Shown here one piece after another: positions 16,914-26,131 of a stretch of 32,000 nucleotides of DNA. Source of the DNA: Methanopyrus kandleri AV19 (GTDB lineage: Archaea > JAADCQ01 > Methanopyri > Methanopyrales > Methanopyraceae). The stretch is taken from assembly GCF_000007185.1 (NCBI RefSeq), contig NC_003551.1:1290001-1322000 (forward strand), written 5' to 3'. A program made the position numbers and the translations under genes. Position 1 is the first letter of the stretch. Each line of letters begins with the position of its first letter. The notes below the pieces were generated by a model. It was given only the letters and a program-made list of their open reading frames with translations. It was not told the origin of the DNA and did no database searches.

Positions 16914-17609
16914 CTCGCAATTAACCCGTAATAATATGGGTAATGAAACGGTAATGAAACTAGTATAATCTCCGTTAATTCATCTGCTACCTCTGGTAGT
17001 CTCTGTATTTCCGCAAACGCTCGCAATTAACCCGTAATAATATGGGTAATGAAACAACGCCTGGAGAAAAGCCTTCGGTAAACCCCTAACAGACACAGCC
17101 CTAAGACCCCTCGCAATTAACCCGTAATAATATGGGTAATGAAACAATACCAGAACGTCTCACCCGCATGGAACTTCGGCTTCAGCGGAGTACCACACTC
17201 ACAGACTCGCAATTAACCCGTAATAATATGGGTAATGAAACCGCTGTGGATAAACGATTGTCCACCGTGATACATAGCCGTCTAACCCTTCTTCGTCTCG
17301 CAATTAACCCGTAATAATATGGGTAATGAAACCTGTCTTCGCTTCTGGCCTTACTGTCTTCGTGAATGTTCCAAGCTCCAGGTAGTCAACTATCATCCTC
17401 GCAATTAACCCGTAATAATATGGGTAATGAAACTCTTGAGTAGGATACCGTTGATGATTGCCTCTCTCGTTTCCTTTGCCTCGTAGCCTCGCAATTAACC
17501 CGTAATAATATGGGTAATGAAACTGTGCTGGTGCTAAGTGAAAAGATTGCCACCCAATGCCCTAGATCTCTGACTCGCAATTAACCCGTAATAATACGGG
17601 TAATGAAAT
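16914..17609 (+). CRISPR. CRISPR array 2: eight 36-nt repeats, seven spacers
   Basis: Repeat CTCGCAATTAACCCGTAATAATATGGGTAATGAAAC at 16914, 17020, 17110, 17206, 17297, 17398 and 17488, and variant ...AATACGGGTAATGAAAT at 17574-17609; spacers 70, 54, 60, 55, 65, 54 and 50 nt. Confidence 0.99.
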
Positions 17610-17665
17610 CCCACTACCGTCCTACATACTGCAGAGAGGTCCACCGTTGTTTTTATCCCATAACT

Positions 17666-17701
17666 CTCGTAATTAATTCGTAATAAAACGGATAATAAGA
17701 C
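17666..17701 (+). repeat. decayed ninth CRISPR repeat of array 2
   Basis: CTCGTAATTAATTCGTAATAAAACGGATAATAAGAC aligns without gaps to the 36-nt consensus, 56 nt after repeat 8. Confidence 0.8.
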
Positions 17702-18019
17702 ATTCACAAACTCTTTAAAGTTATAAATTCAATCATTCTCCGATTAACCACTATTTTGCAATTAACCTACAACCTATAATAATATTTGTGGTTAACCTAC
17801 GTACAATATAAACGACGACTATCGTTATCGGAGGCCATTCGTCGGCCGACCGCGACGCCGTTCCCGACTCTTTGAGGGAAGCGCGGGGACTGTCCGTGGC
17901 GTCCGCTTACACGTGGCGTACCCCGGGTCCGGATGGTGGTACCGCCCGTCGGCTCGCGCCGATCGCGTCGTCGGGACGGAAACGTTACGAATTACGTAAC
18001 TAATGGCGGGGAAGGGGCG

Positions 18020-20213
18020 TCAGGCCGAGATCCACCGGCGGAGCGCCGCCGGCGTCGGCACCGGTAGCACCCACCACACCGGGAGCCTCCGACCCTTCGG
18101 CTCCCGCGGCTGCGGTTCCCGTTTCACTCCCTCAGCCCCCTCGCTCTCTCCCCCGTTCTTCCGCCCCTTCCCGGTGCCTCCGTCCGGTTTCTCCGGCTCC
18201 GAGGGCTTAGGTTCACCCTCGGTCCCGTTCTTCGAGCTCTCGGTGGCCCCTCCGGTACCCTCGGTGCCTCCGGTCGGTTTTCCGGGGCCCTCCGGCTTCG
18301 TGGACGTCTCCCGGGTTCGATCCGTCTCCGTCCCGCCGCCCACGCCGTTCGCGGGCTTCTCTTCCCCGGGTTTCTCCTCCGTCCCCTCCTTCTCCTCGGG
18401 CTTCTCACCGGTCCCCTCCTCACCGCCGGTCTGGGTCCCCTCGATCCCGCTCGGTCGCCCGAAGCTCACGCTGCGCACGGGGGCGGGCATGGGGCCGCTG
18501 AAGGTACTCCTCAGGTAGAGCGTTTTACCGCGCCACTCGATCCTCGCGAGCGCTACCACCCGGTAGTCCCCGGGGTCCACCTGGAAGGTCGCCGAGAAGT
18601 CCCCGTACTTCCCCACCGGCACCTCCCGGGCCGCCACCAGTTCGTTCCCGCGGTACAACTCGACGCGAACCTCCCGGATCTCGATCCTCTCCGACGAGCC
18701 CCCCCGACACCAGCAGGGCTCTGGACGTGCTGCCCTTCACGCGTACGGGCGACGTGTCGGACGACTCGATCCCGGCGAAGAGCGGGATCTTCAGTCCGGC
18801 CACCGCGAACACGTCGTCCACGGTACCGTCGCGGTACCGAGCGACTATCCGGAAGACGTACAGGGTGTGCCCGTCCACGTCGATCGTCAGCACGCCCTCC
18901 CCGGACCGAAGCTCCCCGCTCCAGACCTCGTAGCAGCCGTGGTAGCCGTAGTCCTCGTAGAACGTCGCCTTGAGGCTCTCGACCTCGCCGGTGACCCGGT
19001 ATCTCAGGACCAGCGTGGTCCCCCGCTCGGTGACGTCGAACAACTCCATCTCGGCCCTGACGTCCGCGGGTCTCCAGTACCCGTCGTAGTACACCCGCGG
19101 GTTCAGGTACGCCTCGAGGGCGCCCATCGCGGCGGCCGTCGTCCCCTCGTCGTCCGACCAGCTCCCGTACTCGGGTCCCGTGGTCGCGACCTGTCCTTTC
19201 AGCAGCCAGCGGACGGTCGCGTGCAGGTCGTACTCCGGGTCCTCGATCAGGTCCCGGAGCTTCCTCTTACCGCCGGGCGTGTCGACCTCGACGTCCGTCG
19301 CGATATCGTACCACAGCGCCTTCAGCAGGGCGAACCGCAGCACGTCCCCGGTCGTTCGCACGTCGGGCGAGCCGTTCCGCGTCCAGACCGGTCCGTGCGA
19401 GCCGTCCACATCCTCCCAGGTTACACCCGACTCGGCGCTGAACAGCCACTCGAGGCCCTTGCGGACGGCGTTAAGGATCCCGTCGCGGTCCACGTCCAAC
19501 CCGAGCCGGTCCGCCAGCCGGTACACGTCGATCAGCGTCGAGATCACGCGCGCGTGATCGGCCGGGTCCTGGTCGAACCCGCCGTCGCTCCCCTGGTGTC
19601 CCAGCAGCCAGGCCATCCCACGCTCCACCGCCTCCCGCACCTCGGAGAACGCGGTGTCGTCCAGCCCCAGCTGACCGCCGACGACGTCGCGGAACTGGAG
19701 CACCCTCAGCAGGAGCTCCACCGCCGAGGCCGTTTCTTCGGGCTTCTCCTCGCGCCATCTGCCCCAGCTCCCGTCGTCGTCCTGGGCCTCGACCAGCCCC
19801 AGGATCTTCTCCCTGATGACGTCGCGGTCGGTCACGGGCGCGAGACCCTGGTAGACGGTCTCGTGCAGGATCGGTTCCAGTAGTCTGTTCACGTCCCGGA
19901 AGGTCGGGTACAGGAGCAGCCCTATGCGGACGGCCGGCCACGTGTCCGCGGGGCTCGACGCCGGGACGTGCAGGGGTACCCGCGAGGCTAACGAGTCCAT
20001 GCGCTCCGCCGCGAACAGCACCGGGTACGCCGTATCGAACGCCGCGTTCAGGTGTTCGTTGCCCTCGGCGAACCACCAGATCGTGGCTCGCTCGACGGCT
20101 TGCCTACACTCCTGCCCGATCGCACCGTACTCCTGGGAACCCGTCCAGTCCAGGGCCGAGGTCGGCGCGAGCGCCGCCAGCAGCACCACCGCTACCACGG
20201 TCGCGGGTCGCAA
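18020..20213 (-). CDS. secreted prenyltransferase/terpenoid-cyclase-like alpha-toroid protein with beta domain, low-complexity linker and C-terminal tail (frameshifted at a G7 tract)
   Basis: Signal peptide MRPATVVAVVLLAALAPTSA; toroid-like repeats (AQDDDGSWGRWREEKPEETASAVELLLRVL; GHQGSDGGFDQDPADHARVISTLIDVY). ORF 18525..20213 turns nonsensical after ALLVSGG at a 7-G run, and sense continues in the adjacent frame (SSERIEIREVRVELYRGNELVAAREVPVGKYGDFSATFQVDPGDYRVVALARIEWRGKTLYLRSTF..., ORF 18020..18658). Confidence 0.75.
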
Positions 20214-21349
20214 GGTGGCCCCCTTCGGTTACTGAAAAGTAACCGATAAATAAAGCTCGCAACGCCCGCGTCCGGCGCCGTCCTGCCGTACCCGAGGAAC
20301 GCGAGTCGAGGGAAGCCCCCCTTCGAGCCTGTCGATGGGTTAGGGACAGCGCGACGGCGAGCGCGTACAGTGGGTACACCTCGAGCGTCCTCTCCACCAC
20401 CCGGTGGTACAGCACCACCTCGTCGTGAAGGGGTACCGTGGATCCGCTGCGGACCGCGTGGTCCCTCCGCCCGAGCGGTACGCGCCCGACGTCCTTATCC
20501 TTCGGACGGTGTCGGACCTAGCCCCCTCGGTCCCGACCCCGGCGGGGATGACCTCCGGGGAGGGATGTGAACCTCTAGAAGCTGCGAACCGTGATCGTGC
20601 GGGACGACCAGGAGCAGGGAGAGCAGGTCCGACGTCCCGTCCGGTGGCGTGACGCACGGTTCGAACGCCCCGCGCTGAATAGGGAGACGACGCGTCGACG
20701 CGGATCGAAGGGGCCCTCCGGGCGGGTTCCCACCGTCACTGAGGCGACGACCTCGGCGGGCGATCCCACGGTGCGCATCCTATCCCGACGTCGGACGGAC
20801 GGTGCTCCGCCTTCGGGACGACCGCGGCGATTCAAGGTCAGGCCCCTTCTCCGGCGCGACGCGGGGTCCGGACCGTCCGCTCGGTGCCTCGACTTCGGGG
20901 GAGGGGGCGAGATGTTGCGCACGGGTCGACGGGCCCGACCCCGATCCGGTCCCTCGCGGCGGAGAGGGCGTTCCGACGGTGGAGGGGGTTCACGGTCGGT
21001 GCTCCGTGATGTGGACGGTTCGGTCGAAGACATCCCCGTACGGGTCCGCGGGGGATGACTCGATCGACAGTCGGAACCGTTTCGACCCTTCCCGGACCGG
21101 GCGGAGCCCCCGGAGGGTCCGTTCGAATCCCGGTCCTCACGCACGGTCCCGACGGTCTCCGAGGTGAGCGACGATCTCGGCGGGCTCGCGGTGCCGTCCG
21201 GGATCCATCGGAGACCGTGGGACGTCGCCGCGGTACCGGGCCCATCATCGGGCCCGAATGTACGATTCCGGATACACGTAAATACGCTTCGAAAACGGGT
21301 TACCGGGTCGGGGATACCCTATCTACCCTCCCCGGATGACCGTGAGTTC

Positions 21350-22216
21350 TCGAGGCCGTCACCCCGGTGTTCATCGGGAAGAGTTGTCCTCCGGTACTGG
21401 CTCAGGGCGCTCCTCGGGCGGTGTTCGGACTGGAAGGAGGTGCGCGGGTTCGAGGCGGCCGTGTTCGGCGGGAAGGTCGACGACGAGATGTTACCGCCCT
21501 CGGTGAACCTGGTGTTAGTCGGAGAGCGGCAGATCGGGTGCTCAGAGGACTACGGTCCGGTCGTGGGGGGAGACCGGAGGAAAGGTTGGGCTTGGAGGTT
21601 CTACCTGAGTATCCCGTACGGGAGGGGTCGAGGTTCGAGCTGGAGGCCCGGTACGTCGTCTCCGAGCGTGCCGAGCGGATCCTCGAGGAATACGGGCTCG
21701 ACGGGAACTCCGTCCGGAAGGCCTTCGAGCGGTCCCTGAAGTTCCTCTCGCTGCTGGGAGGTGTAGGAGCGCGCTCGCGTCGGCGCGCCGGGTCGCTGAT
21801 GTGGGAGGAGGTCGTACTTGGGGATGGATTACGGGAGCACGTCAAATAGATCGTCGACTGGATCGAGGATAAGCTGGGCGACGGACTCCGGGACGAACCG
21901 GGGGTTCCCCGCGTTCAGGGATGGTTACTTTGCGGTCGGCGTCGGGCCAGGGGCGAAAAGCCTGAACGAGGCGTTGGAGTGCGCCTGGAAAGTTTACGAC
22001 CGGCTGAGGAATGAGTCGGAGAATAAGAGACGAATGGGGCACTACCTCGGGATCGGTCGCAGGTACTCGCGCTCACGGGTTCACTTCCAGGTCAAGCGCC
22101 TGAAGAACGGTGAGTTCGTGCCCGTGGTGACGGCGTTCGCGGGGCGGAGGAAGGAGAGGGGAAACCTGAAGGGCGTCCGGAAGGCTATGGGGAAGAGTTG
22201 GACGCTTTACCCGTGA
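21350..22216 (+). pseudogene. decayed cmr1-like RAMP gene
   Basis: Pieces in alternating frames: VVLRYWLRALLG...FEAAVFGGKVDDEMLPPSVNLVLVG...WAWRFYLSIPYG / EGSRFELEARYVVSE...FERSLKFLSLLGGVGARSRRRAGSLMWEEVVLGDGLREHVK*IVDWIEDKLGDGLRDEP / GFPAFRDGYFAVGVGPG...YLGIGRRYSRSRVHFQVKRLKNGEFVPVVTAF. At least two frameshifts and one in-frame stop. Confidence 0.72.
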
Positions 22217-23237
22217 GGCGGCGTCTCCCTCGCATCGGCGGCGGCACTATCGGCGGAACCGGTAGCTCGTGCTTCGCCGGTTTCTCCCGCTCGGGTTTCC
22301 GACCCGTCTTCGGACTCGAAGGCTCCTTCTTCTCCAACCCGATCACCGCGACCACGGGCACGTACGGGAACCCGAACCTCCCGGTGACCCGCGGCCACTC
22401 CGACTGCACGACCCGTTCCCCTTCCTCCCGCACACCGACGACATCGACGGCGGCGCCACTCCCTCCACCACTTCCTCCGAGCGTCAGTACCAAGTGGTCC
22501 GTGAGCGACACGTTCGTGAAACCCTCTTGGATGTCGGCGAACCCACCGGGCCACAGGAACAGGACGTGCGGACTCCAAGCGTCCGATGTCGCCCAACAGT
22601 TGAATCCGCCTCCCCGTCCTGAAGGCTGTAGCGGCGCGGGCCACTCGATGCACCCGAAATAGTAGTAAGATCCTAGCTCTGGGTAGTGTTTCGGTCCCGC
22701 GATCGGTAGTCTATCGATCTCTTCGGGCTCCCTGTGGGCGGTCGGTATCCTGAGCTTCAGGACCAGGGCGGAGCAACCGTGCCTCCGCTCGTCGTACTTA
22801 GGCGTCACCCGGAAGTCGAGTTGGGTCCACCTCCAGGTCCAGCCGAGCACTTTCCACGTGACCTCCGAGCGGCTCACGGGCTCGATCCGTTCCCACTTGA
22901 CGTTGACATCGGGGCTGTCCAAATCGATCCCCTCGATCGGGTATAATTCGGGATAGAACCTGGCCTCGAGCACCTCCGTGCCCTGCGGTAGGAGCACGTG
23001 CAGCGTCACCGGCTTCCCGGGCTCCTTAACCCTGATGTACGCGCGGTACTCCGCGTCCACGTGGTCGACGACTTCGACTCCGTGATCGGATTCCTTCAAG
23101 TGGACGTCCTCGATTATCAGGTCGCTCTGCACGCCCACGTCCAGGAGCGCCTCCGGACCCACCCAAGCGTCACCGTGAACGGGCAACGGTAGGACCAGCG
23201 CCAACAGGGCCGGTAGGAGGACCCACCGCACCCTCAC
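22185..23237 (-). CDS. secreted hypothetical protein with charged linker and proline-rich basic C-terminal tail
   Basis: Signal peptide MRVRWVLLPALLALVLPLPVHG; C-term KKEPSSPKTGRKPEREKPAKHELPVPPIVPPPMRGRRRLTG. Confidence 0.7.
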   Translation of the reverse strand: MRVRWVLLPALLALVLPLPVHGDAWVGPEALLDVGVQSDLIIEDVHLKESDHGVEVVDHVDAEYRAYIRVKEPGKPVTLHVLLPQGTEVLEARFYPELYPIEGIDLDSPDVNVKWERIEPVSRSEVTWKVLGWTWRWTQLDFRVTPKYDERRHGCSALVLKLRIPTAHREPEEIDRLPIAGPKHYPELGSYYYFGCIEWPAPLQPSGRGGGFNCWATSDAWSPHVLFLWPGGFADIQEGFTNVSLTDHLVLTLGGSGGGSGAAVDVVGVREEGERVVQSEWPRVTGRFGFPYVPVVAVIGLEKKEPSSPKTGRKPEREKPAKHELPVPPIVPPPMRGRRRLTGKASNSSP

Positions 23238-23372
23238 GCGGAGGCCCCGCGATGGGAGTGCGGCGGTGCGGGATTACTGTTTTTCGCAACGTGGACGTCG
23301 TGTGGTGAACCGGGAAGCCGGATCGCCCGGTGTAGGACCGGAACCCCCGACCGGAGGGTATCTCCGCCACGG

Positions 23373-24599
23373 TCAGCAGCCCCCGTTCCCACCGTCACCA
23401 CCGTTACCACCATCGCCCCAGTCTCCTCCGTCGCCGAACCAGCCACCATTTCCCCAGCCCCCTTCCATCGATTCGGCGATTTCAGCGATGCTATCCACGA
23501 TACTCTCGAAGATGCCACCGGACTCATCGGAATCCCACCAGTGATAATCCCCGAGGCCATCGCCCCCTGCGCACCAACCGTTATGGTCACCGTCATGGTC
23601 CCGGTGCCGTCGGGACCCGTGTCCGTCGTCGGTCCTACCCTCGTGTGGGTGGAGCTCGGAGAACGTCTCCCCGAGCGGGACCACGCCGCCGAAGGCGAGC
23701 GTCCAATCTTCTGCTGAACCGCGGCGACCGACCCCCAGCAGGGCGACAATCGGGGCGCGGTCCTCCGACCTGCGGCCGAGCGGGATCGCGATACCGCGGA
23801 GGTCGTGCTCGGTCTTGAACTCGTACCGGCTCGTTGGAGGTATCACGAGCGTCACGTGGAAGGTCACGAGGCTACCTTCCTCGGCGAATTCGCGCAGGGC
23901 GTCCCCGGAACCCACGATCTTCAGGGCTTCCCTCAGCGCACCCCTACACCCTTTGATGTAACCCCTACTTCCCACTACGAACTGGGTTCCCTTCCCTCCC
24001 GAGAGGTCGCGGTCCGGCACCTTCAGGAGTCCGGAGAGCCTGCGGTCGAGCTTGTCCGGAGTACCTTCGGCTCTGAAGACGACACCGACGATGTCTTCGG
24101 CCTCCTCCACGATCCTCGACGCCTCGCGGACCACCTTACGCCCCGCCGATCTCGCCGACCAGAGCGCGGCGATCAGTAGTATCACTGAGAGTACGATCAC
24201 CTCACGATCCGCCAGTCTCGCCGACCATAGGACGACGATCAGTGGTATCGTCGAGAGTACGAACCGTACGGGTGCGGTCATCGGTGCCGATATTAGCAGC
24301 AGTACGAATAGCAAGAGCAGTGAGGGGAGGAGACCGAAGACGAAGAACACGATCGCCGTCGTCAGGCCGAGGATCACTATCCAGACGTCGGAGAACAGTT
24401 CGAGCCATCGCAGGGCGAGGAGCGTCGAGCGCTCCCCGATATCGGGTGCCCCCTCGACGCCGGCGGAACCACGGATTCTCCCGGCGGTATAAGCCTTACG
24501 ATAAGTATACGGTGGCCGGGCGGTGCCGGTGCGTGTCGATACGAAACGCGGCGGTACCGGCGGTTCCATCCCGCGGGTCGTCCTGGTGGTGACTTTCAT
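23373..24599 (-). CDS. membrane protein with Gly/Asp-rich C-terminus
   Basis: Hydrophobic segments (LFSDVWIVILGLTTAIVFFVFGLLPSLLLLFVLLLISAP...) and a C-terminal GGWGNGGWFGDGGDWGDGGNGGDGGNGGC; true start probably downstream of 24599 (for example near 24454). Confidence 0.6.
   Translation of the reverse strand: MKVTTRTTRGMEPPVPPRFVSTRTGTARPPYTYRKAYTAGRIRGSAGVEGAPDIGERSTLLALRWLELFSDVWIVILGLTTAIVFFVFGLLPSLLLLFVLLLISAPMTAPVRFVLSTIPLIVVLWSARLADREVIVLSVILLIAALWSARSAGRKVVREASRIVEEAEDIVGVVFRAEGTPDKLDRRLSGLLKVPDRDLSGGKGTQFVVGSRGYIKGCRGALREALKIVGSGDALREFAEEGSLVTFHVTLVIPPTSRYEFKTEHDLRGIAIPLGRRSEDRAPIVALLGVGRRGSAEDWTLAFGGVVPLGETFSELHPHEGRTDDGHGSRRHRDHDGDHNGWCAGGDGLGDYHWWDSDESGGIFESIVDSIAEIAESMEGGWGNGGWFGDGGDWGDGGNGGDGGNGGC
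24143..24274 (-). repeat. imperfect 66-bp tandem duplication inside the membrane-protein gene
   Basis: CGCCGATCTCGCCGACCAGAGCGCGGCGATCAGTAGTATCACTGAGAGTACGA... and CGCCAGTCTCGCCGACCATAGGACGACGATCAGTGGTATCGTCGAGAGTACGA..., offset 66 bp; encodes duplicated VLWSARLADREVIVLS / ALWSARSAG-type segments. Confidence 0.75.
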
Positions 24600-26125
24600 C
24601 CCCGGATGGTCGGGTCCCGTGGGCGGACCTCTTCACCTCCGTGTCGCTGGACCTCGATCACGTAGGAAACGAAGTTGTTGTAGGAGAGCACCCGGTACGC
24701 CTCCGTGTGCAGGTTGAGCCACATGCGGACCGCGGTCAGCGCGCACACCGTCGCCGAGGCGCAGGTCCCCATCAGGTAGCCCAGGGCGAGCCACTTCACA
24801 CCCCACCGATGCCACGCCAGGAGCTCCGCGATCGGGACGAGGGAGAGCGCCACCGTCGCCTCGATCTCCCGGCGGAACGTGATCAGCTGCGGGTACGTGT
24901 AGACCACCAGCGCCCCCGGGACGCTCCCCAGCAGGTACAGTACCAGGAGGTCCGGGTTCGCGCCGGCCAGTTGCCGTTCGATCCACTTCACCAGCGTCGC
25001 CAGGTTCCCGAACGGCGGGACGGGGACGGCGCTGACCGCGTGGATCAACGCTGACGACGCCTTCAGGACCGGCCCGAGGAGGTACGCGACGTCCCCCGAC
25101 ATCCAGTAGTGGAACCGAGGTCTCACGAACGAGGCGGTCACCAGCGCCAGGACGCCCGAGAGCGCGAGGGCGATCCCGGCCCCTTTGATGAACTGGAGGA
25201 ACATCCGCCGTCCTATCTCCTCGAGCTCCCTCGACTCGACCCTGTAGATCCTGTCCAGGTCGTCCCCGACGTCGATCCAGAAGATCCCGGCCGCGAACGT
25301 GCCGGCCAGCAGGGGGACCATCCCCACGGATGCCGGGACGTCGAGCGGTGGGTACGGGAACCCACGCCCGCACCAGATGACGATCTTGTCGAAGAACATC
25401 ATGGCGTAGTACGCGATCGAGGACAGCGCGATCACGAAGTAGTCCAGCGCCGCCGCGGCGGCCACCACCAGGCACCCTACCAGGTACTCCTTGGTGATCT
25501 CGGGAGGGTTCTCGAGGTGTTTCCGCGCATTCGCGACGAGGCTCGCCGTGAGGGTGATCGCCAGGAGGGACGACGAGAGTACGAACGACCTCAGGACGTC
25601 GGAGGTCACCGCCGCGAGGACGGCGAACGCGACCGAGAACGCCGTCCAGGAGGCCACGATCTGTAGGACGGCCTTCCACCGGTACTCCTTCCAGCTGGCC
25701 GCGACCATGCAGGTCAGGGTGTAGACGATACCCGTCAGCTCGGCGGCCAGAACGACGTCGTGCGAGAGCTTCAGACCGAAGGACTCCGAGAGCAGCCGGC
25801 TCAGGAGGTACGGCACGGGCGGGTAGACGACCGCCAATAGCGCGAGCACGCCGATGACGGGGGACAGTACCCCGAGGTACCTCGCGTCCGCCACCATCCG
25901 CGAACCTAAGACCTGGAAGGGTGAGGACGAGAGCAAACCCACGATGAGACCGAAACTGAGCCTGGGTAAATCGTTGAAGGACATCGATTCCAACAGTGCC
26001 AACAGCGTGATGACGCTCCAAACTGGGGTGAAGAGTAACGCCGATCTGACGACGGACTTGAGGTCCGCCCTTCCCCTCCTCACGCCCCGGATGACCTTGT
26101 CGATGGCGTCCGATAGGAACCCCAT
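24596..26125 (-). CDS. pelG: multi-pass membrane protein, PelG-like exopolysaccharide transporter
   Basis: Many TM segments, FFDKIVIWC..G motif and adjacency to a PelF-like glycosyltransferase; ATG 26125. Confidence 0.65.
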   Translation of the reverse strand: MGFLSDAIDKVIRGVRRGRADLKSVVRSALLFTPVWSVITLLALLESMSFNDLPRLSFGLIVGLLSSSPFQVLGSRMVADARYLGVLSPVIGVLALLAVVYPPVPYLLSRLLSESFGLKLSHDVVLAAELTGIVYTLTCMVAASWKEYRWKAVLQIVASWTAFSVAFAVLAAVTSDVLRSFVLSSSLLAITLTASLVANARKHLENPPEITKEYLVGCLVVAAAAALDYFVIALSSIAYYAMMFFDKIVIWCGRGFPYPPLDVPASVGMVPLLAGTFAAGIFWIDVGDDLDRIYRVESRELEEIGRRMFLQFIKGAGIALALSGVLALVTASFVRPRFHYWMSGDVAYLLGPVLKASSALIHAVSAVPVPPFGNLATLVKWIERQLAGANPDLLVLYLLGSVPGALVVYTYPQLITFRREIEATVALSLVPIAELLAWHRWGVKWLALGYLMGTCASATVCALTAVRMWLNLHTEAYRVLSYNNFVSYVIEVQRHGGEEVRPRDPTIRG

Positions 26126-26131
26126 TCGATC

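Noticed and set aside
16950-17605. Possible self-targeting spacers against genes in this window
   Set aside because: By eye I found no spacer with a long match to the rest of the window; a systematic search could not be performed.
20575-21144. 189-aa and overlapping R/S/P-rich ORFs
   Set aside because: Several overlapping frames are equally open and low in complexity, as expected of non-coding GC-rich DNA.
21110-21145. Possible tRNA because of GTTCGAATCCC
   Set aside because: The 5-bp T-stem flanking the TTCGAAT loop does not pair properly (GTCCG versus CCCGG), and no D-arm or acceptor stem could be found upstream.
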